Origin: Eledone cirrhosa
Lineage: Eukaryota
DNA: 64,000 nt
Reading direction: 5' to 3'
Assembly: GCA_964016885.1 (NCBI GenBank)
Contig: CAXHJY010001168.1
Location: 39,411-103,410 of the forward strand
The notes under the pieces were generated by a model, which worked only from the letters and a program-made list of their open reading frames with translations, made no database searches and had not been told where the DNA came from. A program made the position numbers and the translations under genes. Positions 15,475 through 28,441 of the stretch are shown here, piece by piece (positions within the stretch are counted from its first letter, which is position 1; every line of letters starts with the position of its first letter).

Positions 15475-18400
15475 ATAGTTGTTTCGAAGTAGTTAGACCG
15501 TCGAATTAAATACTATAGCATTTGAACCACCCTTCTGCGCTCTGAGTTCAAATATCATCGAGGTCAACTTTTCCATTTATTCTTTTGAGGCCAATAAATA
15601 CAGAACTAGTCTAGGAACATTAGATTGGTAGATTGTGCAGTATGTGATCTAGTTCTGTGTTCTGAGTGGGGAATAGCGACTGGAAGATATTATCACCAAT
15701 GTAATTACCAATAGAAATATAGTTTCCTTGTTCGACCCAACGATGGCCTACTTTCCTTTTTCATATAGCCGATAGAAGGATCGCTGTAGGTTGTTTTCAT
15801 AACACCGATGTAGATGTTAAACAAAATGGGAAGAACAAGTGAAGTTAGAAAATTGCTTACCTTATCCAGAGAAGGAGTGAGAGATATAGAGGAGACCCCG
15901 AAAAGATGAAAGCAAAGTTGACCTTGGTGGGATTTGAACTGAGAGATCCAGAATGTATACCACGAAGTTTTAACGACTCTGAACACTTCTTCCTCATCTT
16001 TTATTTCGTTGTGGGTAGGTTTATGTTTATTTCTTTAATATACAGTTCCGTTGAGAAAATATTAAACAAATTACTTAGGAGTGTTTATGGGTGATGTATA
16101 CACACCAGGAATGATAAAAGTGGTGGCTCCATTGGGGTTGGGATGGATGGAGATAGTATGCAGCTGGTTGTTGTTGATGCTTAGTCCCTGATCGAGCTAA
16201 TCTATGATCAAATGCATGAGCGTTATTTAACTTTATTGCAAAATATACTTTACACCATCTTGGCATTCACCTTTTTATAACGCTCCTAATAACGTTATTA
16301 GGCGGTAAATTGTCAGTGAATTGGAGGAATTAACCGTGCGTCGGATTAAAATGCATCAATCACCGTATTTGTACTAGTTCTCTCTGCTCTGCGTTCAAAT
16401 CTCGCCGAAGACAAATTCAACTTTCATCCGTTCAGGGTCGATAAACAAAGCACGAGTCCAGGGCGGTGGGATTATTAGAGCGTGGGACGTAATGCTCTGC
16501 GGTGTCTCTGTTCGTCTGCGAATTCATTGGTGCAAAACTGTATGAGCATTTGTTTCTCCCTTGGAAAACATCTGTAACATGGAGAGGGATATTTTACACG
16601 CATAACCGACTGTTGGTCTTCCCCCAAAATATCTTTCTGTGTACAAACACATGGTTAGTCATGATCCATATATGTTTTTTTGTTTTTGTAGATGTAATTG
16701 TTTCAAACTTTGAGGTATGAAACATCTAAGGAATATGATCAATACTGGACATCGATAAGTAGAATGGGAAATAGAATTGCTAGTTGGAAACATGAGGTTG
16801 AAACCAGTTTGATCTGAAAAGATCAGTCAATAGATCGTTGTTGTAACAGCTGTTAGAAAGCAACACGCTGTATACAATGATTTCTAATTTAGGCACAATT
16901 TCAATAAATTTGGAAAAAGGGAAAGTCAATAGCGTCGACCCCAGTATTTGATTGGTACTTTATTTTATCAACCCCATGGAAGTATGAAAGCAAGGTTGTT
17001 CTTAGAGGGATTTGATTTCAATACGTAAAGAGCTGCTAGAAATTTCGTAAAGCATTTATCCGCAAAGCACCTAACGTGTCTGCCAATCCAACGCCCTCAA
17101 CCCACTGTATATAATAAATGTTGCGAATCTGTGAAATAAATTACTGTTCACTCTACGGGAGTTCCTGTTTTTTTTTTTAGCAGGAGATATTTTATCATAA
17201 ATTACTACTTTGCCTAAAACCCATTGCTTGTTCCGGGTCAGCTAACCCCTCAACCTTCGATTGGAGACATAAAGCGTCGTGTTACATGAAACCTTTAATG
17301 TGAATGACTTCTACTTTGAAGTGTAATGATATGTTTCTAACCAGCTGTGCTAACAATATAACCGCCCCAATGTTTGTCTTAGTGGCTTGAATGGAAATTC
17401 ATTTACGTTCCCTCCAAAAACATTTTATGTTATTCATTGAAATAACATAACATCTCGAACCATATTTTGTAACTTGATTTAATACCACACATGAAATATT
17501 TGATCGTAAGTGCAATTTTATTATTATTATTATTATTATTGTTTTTGTTGTTTTTGAAAATTTCACGTCTTTTATCTGCTCTGTAAGTTTCTTTTCAACA
17601 TAATTTTAAAACGGTTTTCTTTCTGTTGGAAAATGTTGCATTGTTATATAGCTAGGCCAACTGCGTTCCGAGAAGGCCGGTTTTCCTTCATCTTCAGTCC
17701 TACATGTAGTAAGGATAGTGGATTGGCAGAGTCGTTAGAGCGTCGGACATGGGCTTAGCAGAATTTATTCTCGGTGTTAACTTTCTGAGTTCAAATCCCA
17801 CCGTTGTCAACTTCGCCTTCCACCCTTCTGGTATTGATAATAAATAGTACCATTTAAATATCAGATGATGATGTGATCAATTGTTTTCTGGGTGTAACCG
17901 TCCGGACTATACCAAGTCCAGTGATGGATAAATTTGCGGAGGAATTATTTGTCAGCGATACAGAGATTGTTGTAGTGGCACAGGAGCAGAAAGCGATTAC
18001 AGTTGTCATTGGTGGATGGGCTGAGTCTGCAATGGGTCAGTTGGGGGGAACTTGACAGAAGAAGAAATGGTAGCATTGAAGGTCATCAAGATGATCGTGA
18101 TTTCATGGGGTGGGATTTGTCCTAAAATCTGTTTGGAGCTGGTCATAGTAGTAGTCCTTGACAGTATTCTCTGGGATATCTGTAGAGGCATAGGCAACGA
18201 TGATAGTCATCTTCCCGTGCCTGTGGTCAAAACGGGTGGACAGCAAATGGTCGCTCACCAGATTCCAGCTGATGAGTAACTTGCGGATGTGCTTGGGCGA
18301 TGGCTAAGCAGAATGTTTAGGTTGTAGAAGTTTTTTTTTTGGGGGGGGGGGGTATTTCTTCCTGCTCTACGTTTTGTACTCATATCCTGGTTAACTTTAC

Positions 18401-19258
18401 ATTTCATCCTTCCTGGGTTATTAAAATAAAGTATCAGTTTAATATTGCGATCAATCCAACCGACTTTCCCTTCCTCGCAGATTGCCGGCCTCGTACCCAC
18501 GTTAAAAGTTTATTTTAATACTATTATGGGAAGTGTTATAGCTGTTTCCAGCCGAATTTCCTGCTTCTAAAATTTGCTAGCTGGCATCCAAAAGTATCAA
18601 CACCTTATGGATAAGTCTACAGTTCTGCGTTATTGTACAATCAGGGGTCTGGTTGTACCACTCCTTTTCAGCATAGGATTACGGCTCTTTATCATCCGAG
18701 TTCAAATCCCACCGAGGTTAACTTTGCCTTTCATCCTTACGGGGTCGATAAAATAAAGAACCAGTCACGCACTGGGGTCAATTTAATCGACTTTCCCCTC
18801 TCATTAAATTGATGGCCTTGTGTCTATATAAGAAACCATTATAATATAGATTATTATCCCTTTTATTGTTTGCCTTGTGCCTAAATCAGAAACCATTATT
18901 ATTAGTGGTGGATCGATAAAATAAAGCACGAGTAATGCACTAGCGTCGATTTAATCGACTTTCCGCTCACCCCAAATTGCTGGCCTTGTGTCTAAAGGAG
19001 AAATCATTATTGATGGTGGTGTTTGTTTGTTTTTTGTTGGCCTCTAGCTCACTATATCCCTCTCTTCCAAAATAATTCATAATTTTGCAAAAAAAAAAGA
19101 AAAAAAGAAACTTTCATTTCATACTTTTTAAAACCAAGAGATTGCGGAGCTTTTCGAAAAGAAACAAGTCTCTCTACTCCGATAAACCCACTACTATCAT
19201 CATCATCACGATGACCACCGTAAAAGAGAAAAATAATAAGAGAAATTAGCATTACAGT

Positions 19259-19293
<35 letters not shown>

Positions 19294-19870
19294 TGTCTGT
19301 CTCTGTGGTTCTGTGTGTGTGAGAGAGGGGGCGATATATGACTAACATGACTCATTGCATTACAAAATCTTTCTTAGTATAAAATTGATTTTTATGTTAT
19401 TTCTTGAGGCGATGAGTTGGCCGAGAAGCTAGAGCATCGTAGTAAAATTGCTTCGTATTTGTTCCGACTCGCTGCGATCAACTTTGCTTTACATTCTTTC
19501 GAGATTGATAAAAAAAAAAAAAAATGAATTGCCATTGTAGGACTGGCATCAATTCCTCCACTGTTACTATTTAAAGAGGGATAGATTCCGCCAGGTTTAA
19601 AATGCCCAGAAAACAACGTGTATCCGGACGGTAAACCTATGACTCTATCAGGAGTTTACGGCGGTGGAGTGACCGAAGCGTTAGAGAGTCGACCAAATGT
19701 TTTGCGGTGTTTATTCGGGTTATTTACGTTCCGAGTTCAAATTCTGTCGGGATCAACTTTACTTTTCACCCTTCCTTGATAAAATATAGAACCAATCAAG
19801 TATTGGTGTCGATTTGAACCGATTTTTCCCTTTATACAAATTGGTAGCCTTGTGCTTAAATTAGAAACCA
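15475..19870. mobile_element. Dense cluster of diverged SINE family A copies (~15475-15610 +, ~15870-15980 -, ~16300-16460 +, ~16880-17100 -, ~17710-17860 +, ~18290-18510 +, ~18665-19010 + with repeated 3' half, ~19660-19870 +)
   Basis: Repeated GAGTTCAAAT / TTTCATCC..GTCGATAAA / GGCCTTGTG..TAAA..AGAAACC motifs on both strands. Boundaries approximate. Confidence 0.7.
17864..18290 (-). pseudogene. Decayed RTE-type AP-endonuclease fragment
   Basis: Minus strand: LISWNLVSDHLLSTRF..GKMTIIVAYAST..VKDYYYDQLQ..IILMTFNA..TNDNCNRFLLLC..NNLCIAD..HHWTWYSPDG..TIDHIII. Confidence 0.8.
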
Positions 19871-21439
19871 TTAATCTATTTGTTATTGTTTCTTCAAAGT
19901 AAAACATAAACACACAAAATAGCAGCGTGGTCGTGTTAAACCGAGTATGTGTGTGTGAGTGGTGGGGCTGTTCGGTTTACAATCGAAGTGGTACTACTGA
20001 GAGATAAACAGATCTGTTCAGACTCAAATCACAAAATGGCAACATAAAATGTGCGCTGAGCCTATTCCTAGACCAGTAACAGCAGGAATTGAAATTAATT
20101 GATCAACATGGATTATACCATAATCTTATACACGAGAATAAACGGAATTCATGTGAGAAAATTCACATTAAATTCATCGTTCAGTAAGTTAACGATTAGA
20201 TACTGATAAATCTGTGCTGAGAGATATCTTTGAGGAGAAGTAGAATGTATACATTAAGAATTAGTACAAGTAAATATTCAGTACAAGTGCCAAGAGACTT
20301 TTTAAAGAGAGGGGGGAATGTATTTTTGAGATTATATTTTATTGCGAGTATAAGTGATAGTAAGAGCGTTAGGATTCTAGTGACTAAAGTAATTATATTA
20401 AACAGTTGAAGTATTTACATTAATTTTATTTTAAATAAATACATATGACAGGAGTTATGGCCGGCAGTATCAGCAATGGAACAAACAAGGACTAGGTGGA
20501 ATAGAATTTCTTCCATCATCAGTTATTTTTTTCGGTACCAGCAGTTTTATTGAATAGATGTGGACTAAAAAAAAATTATTTTATGAAATTTAATTTAAAT
20601 AAATGTGGTTTTAATAAATATCTATATCGCCTTGAGTTATGAAGAGAGAAAAAAGAAAAGTAGGAAGAAGGAAAGAATTACTCGATTCTCTGACCTGCTA
20701 AACAATAAAAATCGCCTGAAAAACGCAAGGCGTGTCCTAATTAACCAATTGCCAAAGAAAATTTCATACAAACAAAATATTAATGTTTAAATTAAAACAG
20801 CGTGTAGGAAATACATAATTTGACAAGTAAAAAAAAAACAAAAAAGAGCGTCAGACTATCAAATATCTGTATTATGCCCGAAACCTTACTGAAGGGCAGG
20901 AACAAATGATGTATGGTAGTAAAGATTCGTTGAACAGTTCATAGAAGGAATTGATTACTTTTCCTATAATGTTTTATTTGAAAACATCTCCCCATTAATC
21001 CTGTCGAAAAATATTATTGGATTTTATAAATATATATATATATATATATACTAACACAAAGTGAACAAAATGTCAAAATTATATAAAGATTCTTCTGCAA
21101 CATTTCAGTCGAAACTAATTAAAACGCGATACTGTATTTGGACCGAAATAATCACATCGTGGTAATCATATTAGCAACTAAATACACGTCTTCTTTTATA
21201 GATTCTATTATTTTAGTATTATATTATATTATTACAAATCAATTTTTCAGCTTCCAACAACGTCCGTCATAATTATATTCTATCTCATCTGTAATAACTT
21301 TCTGGAGCAATGCAATATATCCCTACGTACATACATACGTACGCATCTACGTATTTATGCATTTGTATGTGTTTATATATATAATGTGTCTGTATGTATA
21401 GCTATGTGCACAAATGTGTTTCAGTATTTGATGAATTCC

Positions 21440-22760
21440 TATAACGCAGTTGGCTGCTTTTATAAAAGCCTTGTTCTCAACCCTTTTTGAAGTATTCTAT
21501 TGTCACTGTCTTTATTCACCGCACCAATGTATGCAGTATTCTAAGCAATCCTGAGATATTGGAGATGGAAATAGACATGCAATTATCATACATTTCTGCG
21601 TGGTGAACAGTTTCCAATTGACTACCAAATATGAACATTTATCCTAACCAAACACCATTCCTATGTCATGTGAGAATGCTTTGACAAGCTGTGTCTTATG
21701 GTGTTATGCACATTACATATCTTTGGCTTGAGGCCATCGATAAAATGATGTGCATGATATTAATTTTATTTCTTCTGCAGCTATGGCATATCCTCAAAAT
21801 GTGTGACTTTTAAAGGCAAACTCACGTTGAAATATCCTCGTCGATAACAATCTAATTCTGTGTGTGATTATAGATAATTTGCAAATCCATACATATTAAA
21901 GCAACTTATCTATAGTTTATACATAACATGCTCTAGTCTTGTAAATTTGGGCAACACATATTTCTTAATCCTTAGTGTTTTTTTATAAATGTTTGATTGT
22001 TCATAAAACATTATGAATTGTGTTTACTATTTAAACATGTAAACAAAAAATAAAATATGTTTTATCCTTTTAGAAAAGTAAGTTTTAAAAAGTAAAATAT
22101 TATTGCTATCTTTCCTGAAATTACATCAGTAGAGTGGTTTATTATTCTTCACGACCAACTAATAACAAAATGTACGAGATTATTGCCCATCAATAGCCCC
22201 ATAGAGTACAGGCTTGGATCTTTAATTGGTTCGTAAGAAAACGGATTCACTTACATGATATTATGTTTAGTTTTAATAAATTGGTGTGTGGCCGTGCCGA
22301 CTGTTAAGTTTTGGTTGTCACTGATCAATACAAGTGTTGTCTGTGCTGTTGTCAACCAGCCTTGTAAATCTAGTTCAGGGATGTATAGTTTTTTTAACAA
22401 GCTGACAAGAGCGACCCTGTAGAATAGGAGGTTTCAACACCAGTAACATGCTATCAGGCCACGTTCACATGACTTTCCATTTGTTAGTTTTGCAATAACT
22501 ATCTGCAATGTTTCACTAATGATACCATATGTTTTAGGAGAAAGGGCTTCATAATATTCACTCCATAACTATACCACATCACAGTGGTGTAGTTTGTTTT
22601 ACATTCCACTCCCTCATCATCGACCACGTGCCAGAATGGCTCCGAATGATTTTTGAGAAGCCTCGTGGTGTGGTACTTCATACTGTGCTATACGGCTTGT
22701 ATATGAATGTCATGTACTTCAAGCATACAACAACAAACTCTGTCACTGTCATTCAGTCAT
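21440..22760 (-). pseudogene. Decayed R4/Dong-type RT remnant, an old relative of the 32.6-36.8 kb element
   Basis: Minus strand: KLTNGKS..LIACYW..LLFYRVALV..WLTTAQTTL, HFIDGLK, VKAFSHDIGMVFG*DK and QYL..NTAYIGAVNK, collinear with [50 protein letters not shown] and [18 protein letters not shown]. Confidence 0.75.
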
Positions 22761-22889
22761 TCTCGCGGTGTTCCCCCCTCTCTTTCTCTCAATCTCTCTA
22801 TCGGTCTCCCTTCTCTATCGGTCTCCTATACTCTAAGAAATATGTATTCATGTGTGTGCGTCTCTCTCTCTCTCTCTATAATAAGTAAG

Positions 22890-23155
22890 TCAAACATGTT
22901 AAATTTGGCTTCGTTTATTATACATTCTCTGCTGTATATATTTATTATTGGCTGTGACCTCATCAGGCAGTACGAATTATTGTAGAAAAAACAGGTAAAC
23001 TTGGTGCTGAAATGTGTTCCACTCTGTCATCGATATGCCCAGCTCTTGGGTTTGTTGTTAGTCCTCCGAGGAACTGATACATATATTAAACATTTATACT
23101 CTATGTATTGAATACCTTAATTATTGTGGTTACTCCCGATTTAACCCGGGATACA
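22890..23155. mobile_element. Probable decayed Penelope-like pseudo-LTR remnant
   Basis: The 3' part (23078-23155) is homologous to the 85-bp islands at 1778 and 3702. CTGATGA occurs on the minus strand near 22960, but no complete hammerhead can be folded. Confidence 0.4.
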
Positions 23156-23159
23156 CACC

Positions 23160-23201
<42 letters not shown>

Positions 23202-23203
<2 letters not shown>

Positions 23204-23387
23204 TTTCTACTTTTGGCACAAGGCCAGCAATTATCCCAGTGCATTACTGGTACTTTATTTTATGGACCCCCGTAAGGATGAAAGGAAAAGTTAACCCTGG
23301 CGGGATTTGAACTCAGACCATAAAGGGCCGTAACTCTTTGCTGCAAAGCATGGCGTCCGACGCTCTACCGATACTGCCAATCCACCG
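23202..23387 (-). mobile_element. SINE family A with ATATATAAT TSD
   Basis: Reverse complement of the family A consensus, with ATATATAAT on both flanks. Confidence 0.88.
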
Positions 23388-23544
23388 ATATATAATGAAT
23401 CAAAACATCAAATATGTTTAGAATTTTGTGTTTCTCAATAGACTTTATCGTACATCAAATACATAATATATACAATATACCGTGTTTCTTGTACGGTATA
23501 TGGCACTTTCTCGCTCTGTATAAACATATATCTTTTCATTTGGT

Positions 23545-23580
<36 letters not shown>

Positions 23581-23582
<2 letters not shown>

Positions 23583-23750
23583 AGTTGATTGGACTGGAGC
23601 AACATGAAATAAAGTGTCTCCCTCAAGGACACAACGCGCCGCCGGAATCCGAACTCAATAACATTACGATCATGATGTATTGCTCCCTCAAGGACACAAC
23701 GCGCCGCCGGAATCCGAACTCAATAACATTACGATCATGATGTATTGCCA
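23581..23750 (-). mobile_element. SINE family B fragment with a perfect 65-bp tandem duplication
   Basis: GGAGCAACATGAAATAAAGTGTCT..TCAAGGACACAACGCG. The unit starting at 23618 is repeated exactly at 23683. Confidence 0.75.
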
Positions 23751-25072
23751 CTGTTTTCTATTGTTTAATTGTTGGTCTGTTAAACGATTTAAGCATGTTT
23801 TTGTGCATTGGATTAAACTAGAATACAATACGGTATATAGAGTCGTTGAAAGGTCATTTCCTTTGAGAGATTTATTTCATAAACGAAATACAAAATGGAT
23901 GCTTATCTTGCAGCAGAATTTCAAGCATATTAAAACTTTATTATGTTCCTGCTATCCATCCTTTTACATTACTTTACATCCAACAGATTAATTCTTTCAC
24001 ATCATTTCTTAGTTTGAAGTAGTTCAATTTCGCTGCGTGTTCAAGAGTGAAATTTACGTTTTCATATAATACCATTTATGAGATTTTTTTTCAAATCGAC
24101 TTTTTCTTTAGTTGTCCACATTTTCCCCATGTACTTCACATACTTGGTTGCTTTAATACTATTTCTTTATATCGATGATGTATCGTTGTCGTTTCATGCA
24201 GATTCTTTCAAAAATGTTTATTGATTTAATGGACAGGGGCAATTCATGCAGTATTGGTATATACAATATGTTTCTCTTGGGATATGCCTGAATATGAGGC
24301 AGTTCTGCAAATTTGATTGGCATATTGTATCGATCCAGGCAGCAGATGTGTGAAAGAATGAATTTTCGTTACGGCTGTCTATCATATCAGTGCATCTCAT
24401 CAAAACTAATTTATCATTATAATTTCTAACAGTGGGATTATTGATTTTAACAAATGTCGAAGGTGTTAAGTGGTAAAATCTGTAAAGCAGCCATTCAAAG
24501 AATGCAGTAATTTTACAAAACCAACAATCGGATATTGAGTATTGTATGGTTATTCGTATAGGGAAATAGAAATAATTGCTGTGGTGAATTTAAAATATTA
24601 TTTTTATTTAATGAAGGACGCCGAACCACAACATCTAAAGACCTTTGTAGAGTGTGTTGATGTTATTATTCAGTTTAATAACTGACGGCAAACGTGGGAA
24701 AATTACATTTTAATTCAGAACAACGTAGTTGTTTAGTTTTCTTTAGAGTGTAGAACTGGATAGATTCAGTCATAACTGGAGACGAAATGAGGACTGTTTA
24801 TTAGAAAAAGAGTCTGCTGACTGCGTAGATATTTGTTTCATATCTTTTCACATACCACGACATTGTCCAATCAAAAAAAATAGGTCTCAACATAATTAAT
24901 CCATACAGAATATTATACATTAATATCAATATTGCTTAAATACTTATACACAAAAATCCTCTGAATTCATTAAAGTAATTGCCTTGGTTACATCCTTTAA
25001 ATTGATATAAAACATTTAAAATAGCGAATAGACAGTCGTTTTGACGTCGTTTCAGCTCTCCGAGTTCAAAGA

Positions 25073-25305
25073 GTTTGAGAGATCTGCATGGTGTGCGTGT
25101 GGATGCTCTCAAGAGACATCTCGACATTCTGCTGACTGGGATACCAAATGAACCCGCAGCACGAGGCTACGTGGAATTAAGAGCAGCAGCAACAAACCTT
25201 CCTTTTGCATCAATGGCCAACAAGGAAAAGCTGGCTGCAGATAATGTTGCATCAATAACAGTTCCCCAGCATGGCCTCAGCCTTTTGGCTGGAACACATA
25301 ATACA
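25073..25305 (+). mobile_element. CR1-type LINE 3' fragment (diverged)
   Basis: LRDLHGVRVDALKRHLDILLTGIPNEP..LRAAATN matches the 52.1-kb CR1 C-terminus. 3'UTR CCCCAGCATGGCCTCAGCCTTTTGGCTG. Confidence 0.85.
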
Positions 25306-25313
25306 GTGATATG

Positions 25314-25407
<94 letters not shown>

Positions 25408-25427
25408 ATTTGTGTGTGGGTGTGTAT

Positions 25428-25612
25428 TGTTATACATTGCGAAGGTCATAATGCCAATAAAAACACACGTACCTCTTGGTTTTCACTTCAACTTATTATA
25501 AATTTGCGGTTATCGAACCAAGCAACCAATCGGAAACTTATAATAAATTGAAGTGAAACATAGCGGGTACGTGTGTTTCTTGTTGGCGGCATGACCCTCT
25601 CAAAGTATAACA
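25428..25612. mobile_element. Fold-back MITE, TGTTATAC...GTATAACA, ~185 bp
   Basis: Imperfect inverted arms over nearly the whole length (e.g. TTTCACTTCAACTTATTATAA / TTATAATAAATTGAAGTGAAA). Flanks GTAT / ATAT. Confidence 0.8.
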
Positions 25613-25713
25613 ATATCTGTTTCAATACAGGTTTTCAGATAAGGTATCTTGTAAAACAAATTCAAAAGCGAAGTATGTATATATATATATATATGTAAGT
25701 ATGTGTATGTATG

Positions 25714-25760
<47 letters not shown>

Positions 25761-25761
<1 letters not shown>

Positions 25762-26168
25762 AGAGATGACCCCTTAGCCTTTGTCAAGGCAGAATTCTAG
25801 GAGAAGGAAAACTCTGATATAACACCTGCAACCCTGATGGTATCCAATGATGTTGACTTGTTCTTCTTTTTGGTAAATATCATCTTGGTTAAGAGAGTGG
25901 GACTGGCTTTGTGCAGTGCCCTTGCTCACTATAAAAGCTTCACGGCACAGGCATTGCTTTATATCTGGAGATCTCTCTGCACTTGTCGTCATATGGTACC
26001 ATGGGCCCAGCACTATGTGTCAATAATTGTCACAAGTGTAGTGTTTGTACCAGAGTTTTCAAGTCGCTGGCTGGACTAAAAAGTCACACTCGTTCAGCGC
26101 ATTGGTAGGGGTTCCCCTACATGTATATAAAGTAGTGGCCGTACTCGAAAACGAGTTGGCAGCCACCA
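25761..26168 (+). mobile_element. Bipartite non-autonomous RTE derivative, copy 1 (5'-truncated)
   Basis: Starts GAGAGATGACCCC, ends GGCAGCCACCA, flanked by (TA)n. Confidence 0.88.
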
Positions 26169-26210
26169 TATATATATGTATATATATATGTATGTATATA
26201 TGTATATATG

Positions 26211-26773
26211 TGTAGTGACCTACATTCCGCGGGCTCACATACATTCTCTGTGCGTGATTTGACTCAGTTCAGCCAATCAGCGCCAGTAGAAGAGGATGTA
26301 TCCCTACGCGCCCTGAGGAAGAATTTCCCCGCGAAGATTTGAAGAATCTCTCTCTTGTACCAGAAAATTCAAGCCAGCAACACGCATAATGTAACGGTGA
26401 GATATTGCAACCTAGCCTCGCCGGCTTAATGGCGCAATGGCACATTCCCTTTTGTAACCTCTTCTTATCTGTAACTTCAACCATATAAGTTAACAAACAT
26501 TGTTTGTGCTACATCAAAAATAAACATACATTTCATCTCTAATTTCTGCTGTTGAAATCATTTTTATGTTACTCGTGTCTCAATAACATCTGTAATCCAT
26601 GCTGCTGGAATTGGCGACCTGACGAAAGGAATATTGTAAATAGATCGAGGGACCTTCCCTCACGTCTGTCAACAAGATAATCCAACGAGGATACTATCAC
26701 TTACCACACTGACCACGACTACTTAATAATCTACCCTGTTAAAGTGGCGACCATCTAATAATCAACCCTACTA
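26211..26773 (+). mobile_element. Candidate LTR-retrotransposon LTR remnant
   Basis: Begins TGTAGTGA; contains CCAATC, CATATAAG and AATAAA in LTR order, then two TGGCGACC (PBS-like) motifs. Lies between TA tracts. The 3' CA end is not clean. Confidence 0.4.
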
Positions 26774-26774
26774 A

Positions 26775-26818
<44 letters not shown>

Positions 26819-26868
26819 GTATATATGTATATGTATGTGTGTGTGTGTGTGTGTGTGTATGAATGTAT

Positions 26869-26902
<34 letters not shown>

Positions 26903-26942
26903 ATATGTGTATGTATGTATGTATGTATGTATATATATATAT

Positions 26943-27549
26943 GTCAGGTCACCAGTTGGTGCTACTGGTAACATGTATCCCAGTACAACCTGTCTCATGG
27001 TCGGGTCGTTGGCGACTAAACTGACAACCCCACCAAGGTTTCTTGGTGAGGAGGGTGACTTTGGACATCCTGCAGGACTAAAAACAAAACCTGTCAAAGG
27101 GCAAAAGAGCTATTAGGAGTCAATGGCCATCCAAAATCACCGGGAGAGATGACCCCTTAGCCTTTGTCAAGGCAGAATTCTAGGAGAAGGAAAACTCTGA
27201 TATAACACCTGCAACCCTGATGGTATCCAATGATGTTGACTTGTTCTTCTTTTTGGTAAATATCATCTTGGTTAAGAGAGTGGGACTGGCTTTGTGCAGT
27301 GCCTTTGCTCACTATAAAAGCTTCACGGCACAGGCATTGCTTTATATCTGGAGATCTCTCTGCACTTGTCGTCACATGGTACCATGGGCCCAGCACTATG
27401 TGTTAATAATTGTCACAGGTGTAGTGTTTGTACCAGAGTTTTCAAGTCGCTGGCTGGACTAAAAAGTCACTTGTTCAGCGCATCGGTAGGGGTTCTCCTA
27501 CATGGATATAAAGTAGTGGCCGTACTCGAAAACGAGTTGGCAGCCACCA
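26943..27549 (+). mobile_element. Bipartite non-autonomous RTE derivative, copy 2 (full length, ~607 bp)
   Basis: Starts GTCAGGTCACCAGTTGG, carries the RTE-5'UTR-like TCTAGGAGAAGGAAAACTCTGA and the 3' zinc-finger remnant [17 protein letters not shown], ends CTCGAAAACGAGTTGGCAGCCACCA. Confidence 0.9.
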
Positions 27550-27566
27550 TATATATATATATATAT

Positions 27567-28103
27567 ATGTATCCCAGTACAACCTGTCTCATGGTCGGGT
27601 CGTTGGCGACTAAACTGACAACCACACCAAGGTTTCTTGGTGAGGAGCGTGACTTTGGACATCCTGCAGGACTAAAAACAAAACCTGTTAAAGGGCAAAG
27701 AGCTATTAAGAGTCAATGGCCATCCAAAATCACCGGGAGAGATGACCCCTTAGCCTTTGTCAAGGCAGAATTCTAGGAGAAGGAAAACTCTAATATAACA
27801 CCTGCAACCCTGATGGTATCCAATGATGTTGACTTGTTCTGGCTTTGTGCAGTGCCTTTGCTCACTATAAAAGCTTCACGGCACAGGCATTGCTTTATAT
27901 CTGCAGATCTCTCTGCACTTGTCGTTACATGGTAGCATGGGCCCAGCACTATGTGTCAATAATTGTCACAAGTGTAGTGTTTATACCAGAGTTTTCAAGT
28001 CGCTAGCTGGATAAAATGTCACACTCGTTTAGCGCATCAGTAGGGGTTCTCCTACATGGATATAAAGTAGTGGCCGTACTCGAATACGAGTTGGCAGCCA
28101 CCA
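27567..28103 (+). mobile_element. Bipartite RTE derivative, copy 3 (slightly 5'-truncated, internal deletion)
   Basis: Separated from copy 2 by ~18 bp of TA. Deletion junction GACTTGTTCT|GGCTTTGTGC. Confidence 0.9.
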
Positions 28104-28165
28104 TGTATGTATGTATATATATATGTATGTAAGTATATATGTATGTATATGTATATATATATGTA

Positions 28166-28201
<36 letters not shown>

Positions 28202-28334
28202 TGTATATATGTATGTATGTATGTATATATGTATGTATGTATGTATATATATATGTATGTATGTATATATATATGTATGTATGTATATATATATGTATGT
28301 ATGTATATATATATGTATGTATGTATGTATATAT

Positions 28335-28395
<61 letters not shown>

Positions 28396-28401
28396 TGTAT
28401 G

Positions 28402-28441
<40 letters not shown>

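Noticed and set aside
18262-18300. CTGATGA as a hammerhead core
   Set aside because: No GAAA or stems follow. It is the antisense of an RTE endonuclease fragment.
21760-21810. Apparent acceptor plus ATG exon
   Set aside because: It falls antisense within the decayed R4/Dong RT remnant.
22885-23080. Complete hammerhead around the minus-strand CTGATGA at ~22960
   Set aside because: There is no matching GAAA/stem III on the same strand; at best a decayed pLTR remnant.
8501-23750. tRNA genes suggested by A/B boxes
   Set aside because: No cloverleaf can be folded. The boxes are SINE heads followed by SINE bodies and TSDs.
19900-24900. Short ORFs at ~20.6 kb and 23.7-24.4 kb as host exons or transposase
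   Set aside because: I could not support any recognisable motifs or consistent splice structure; probably decayed repeats.
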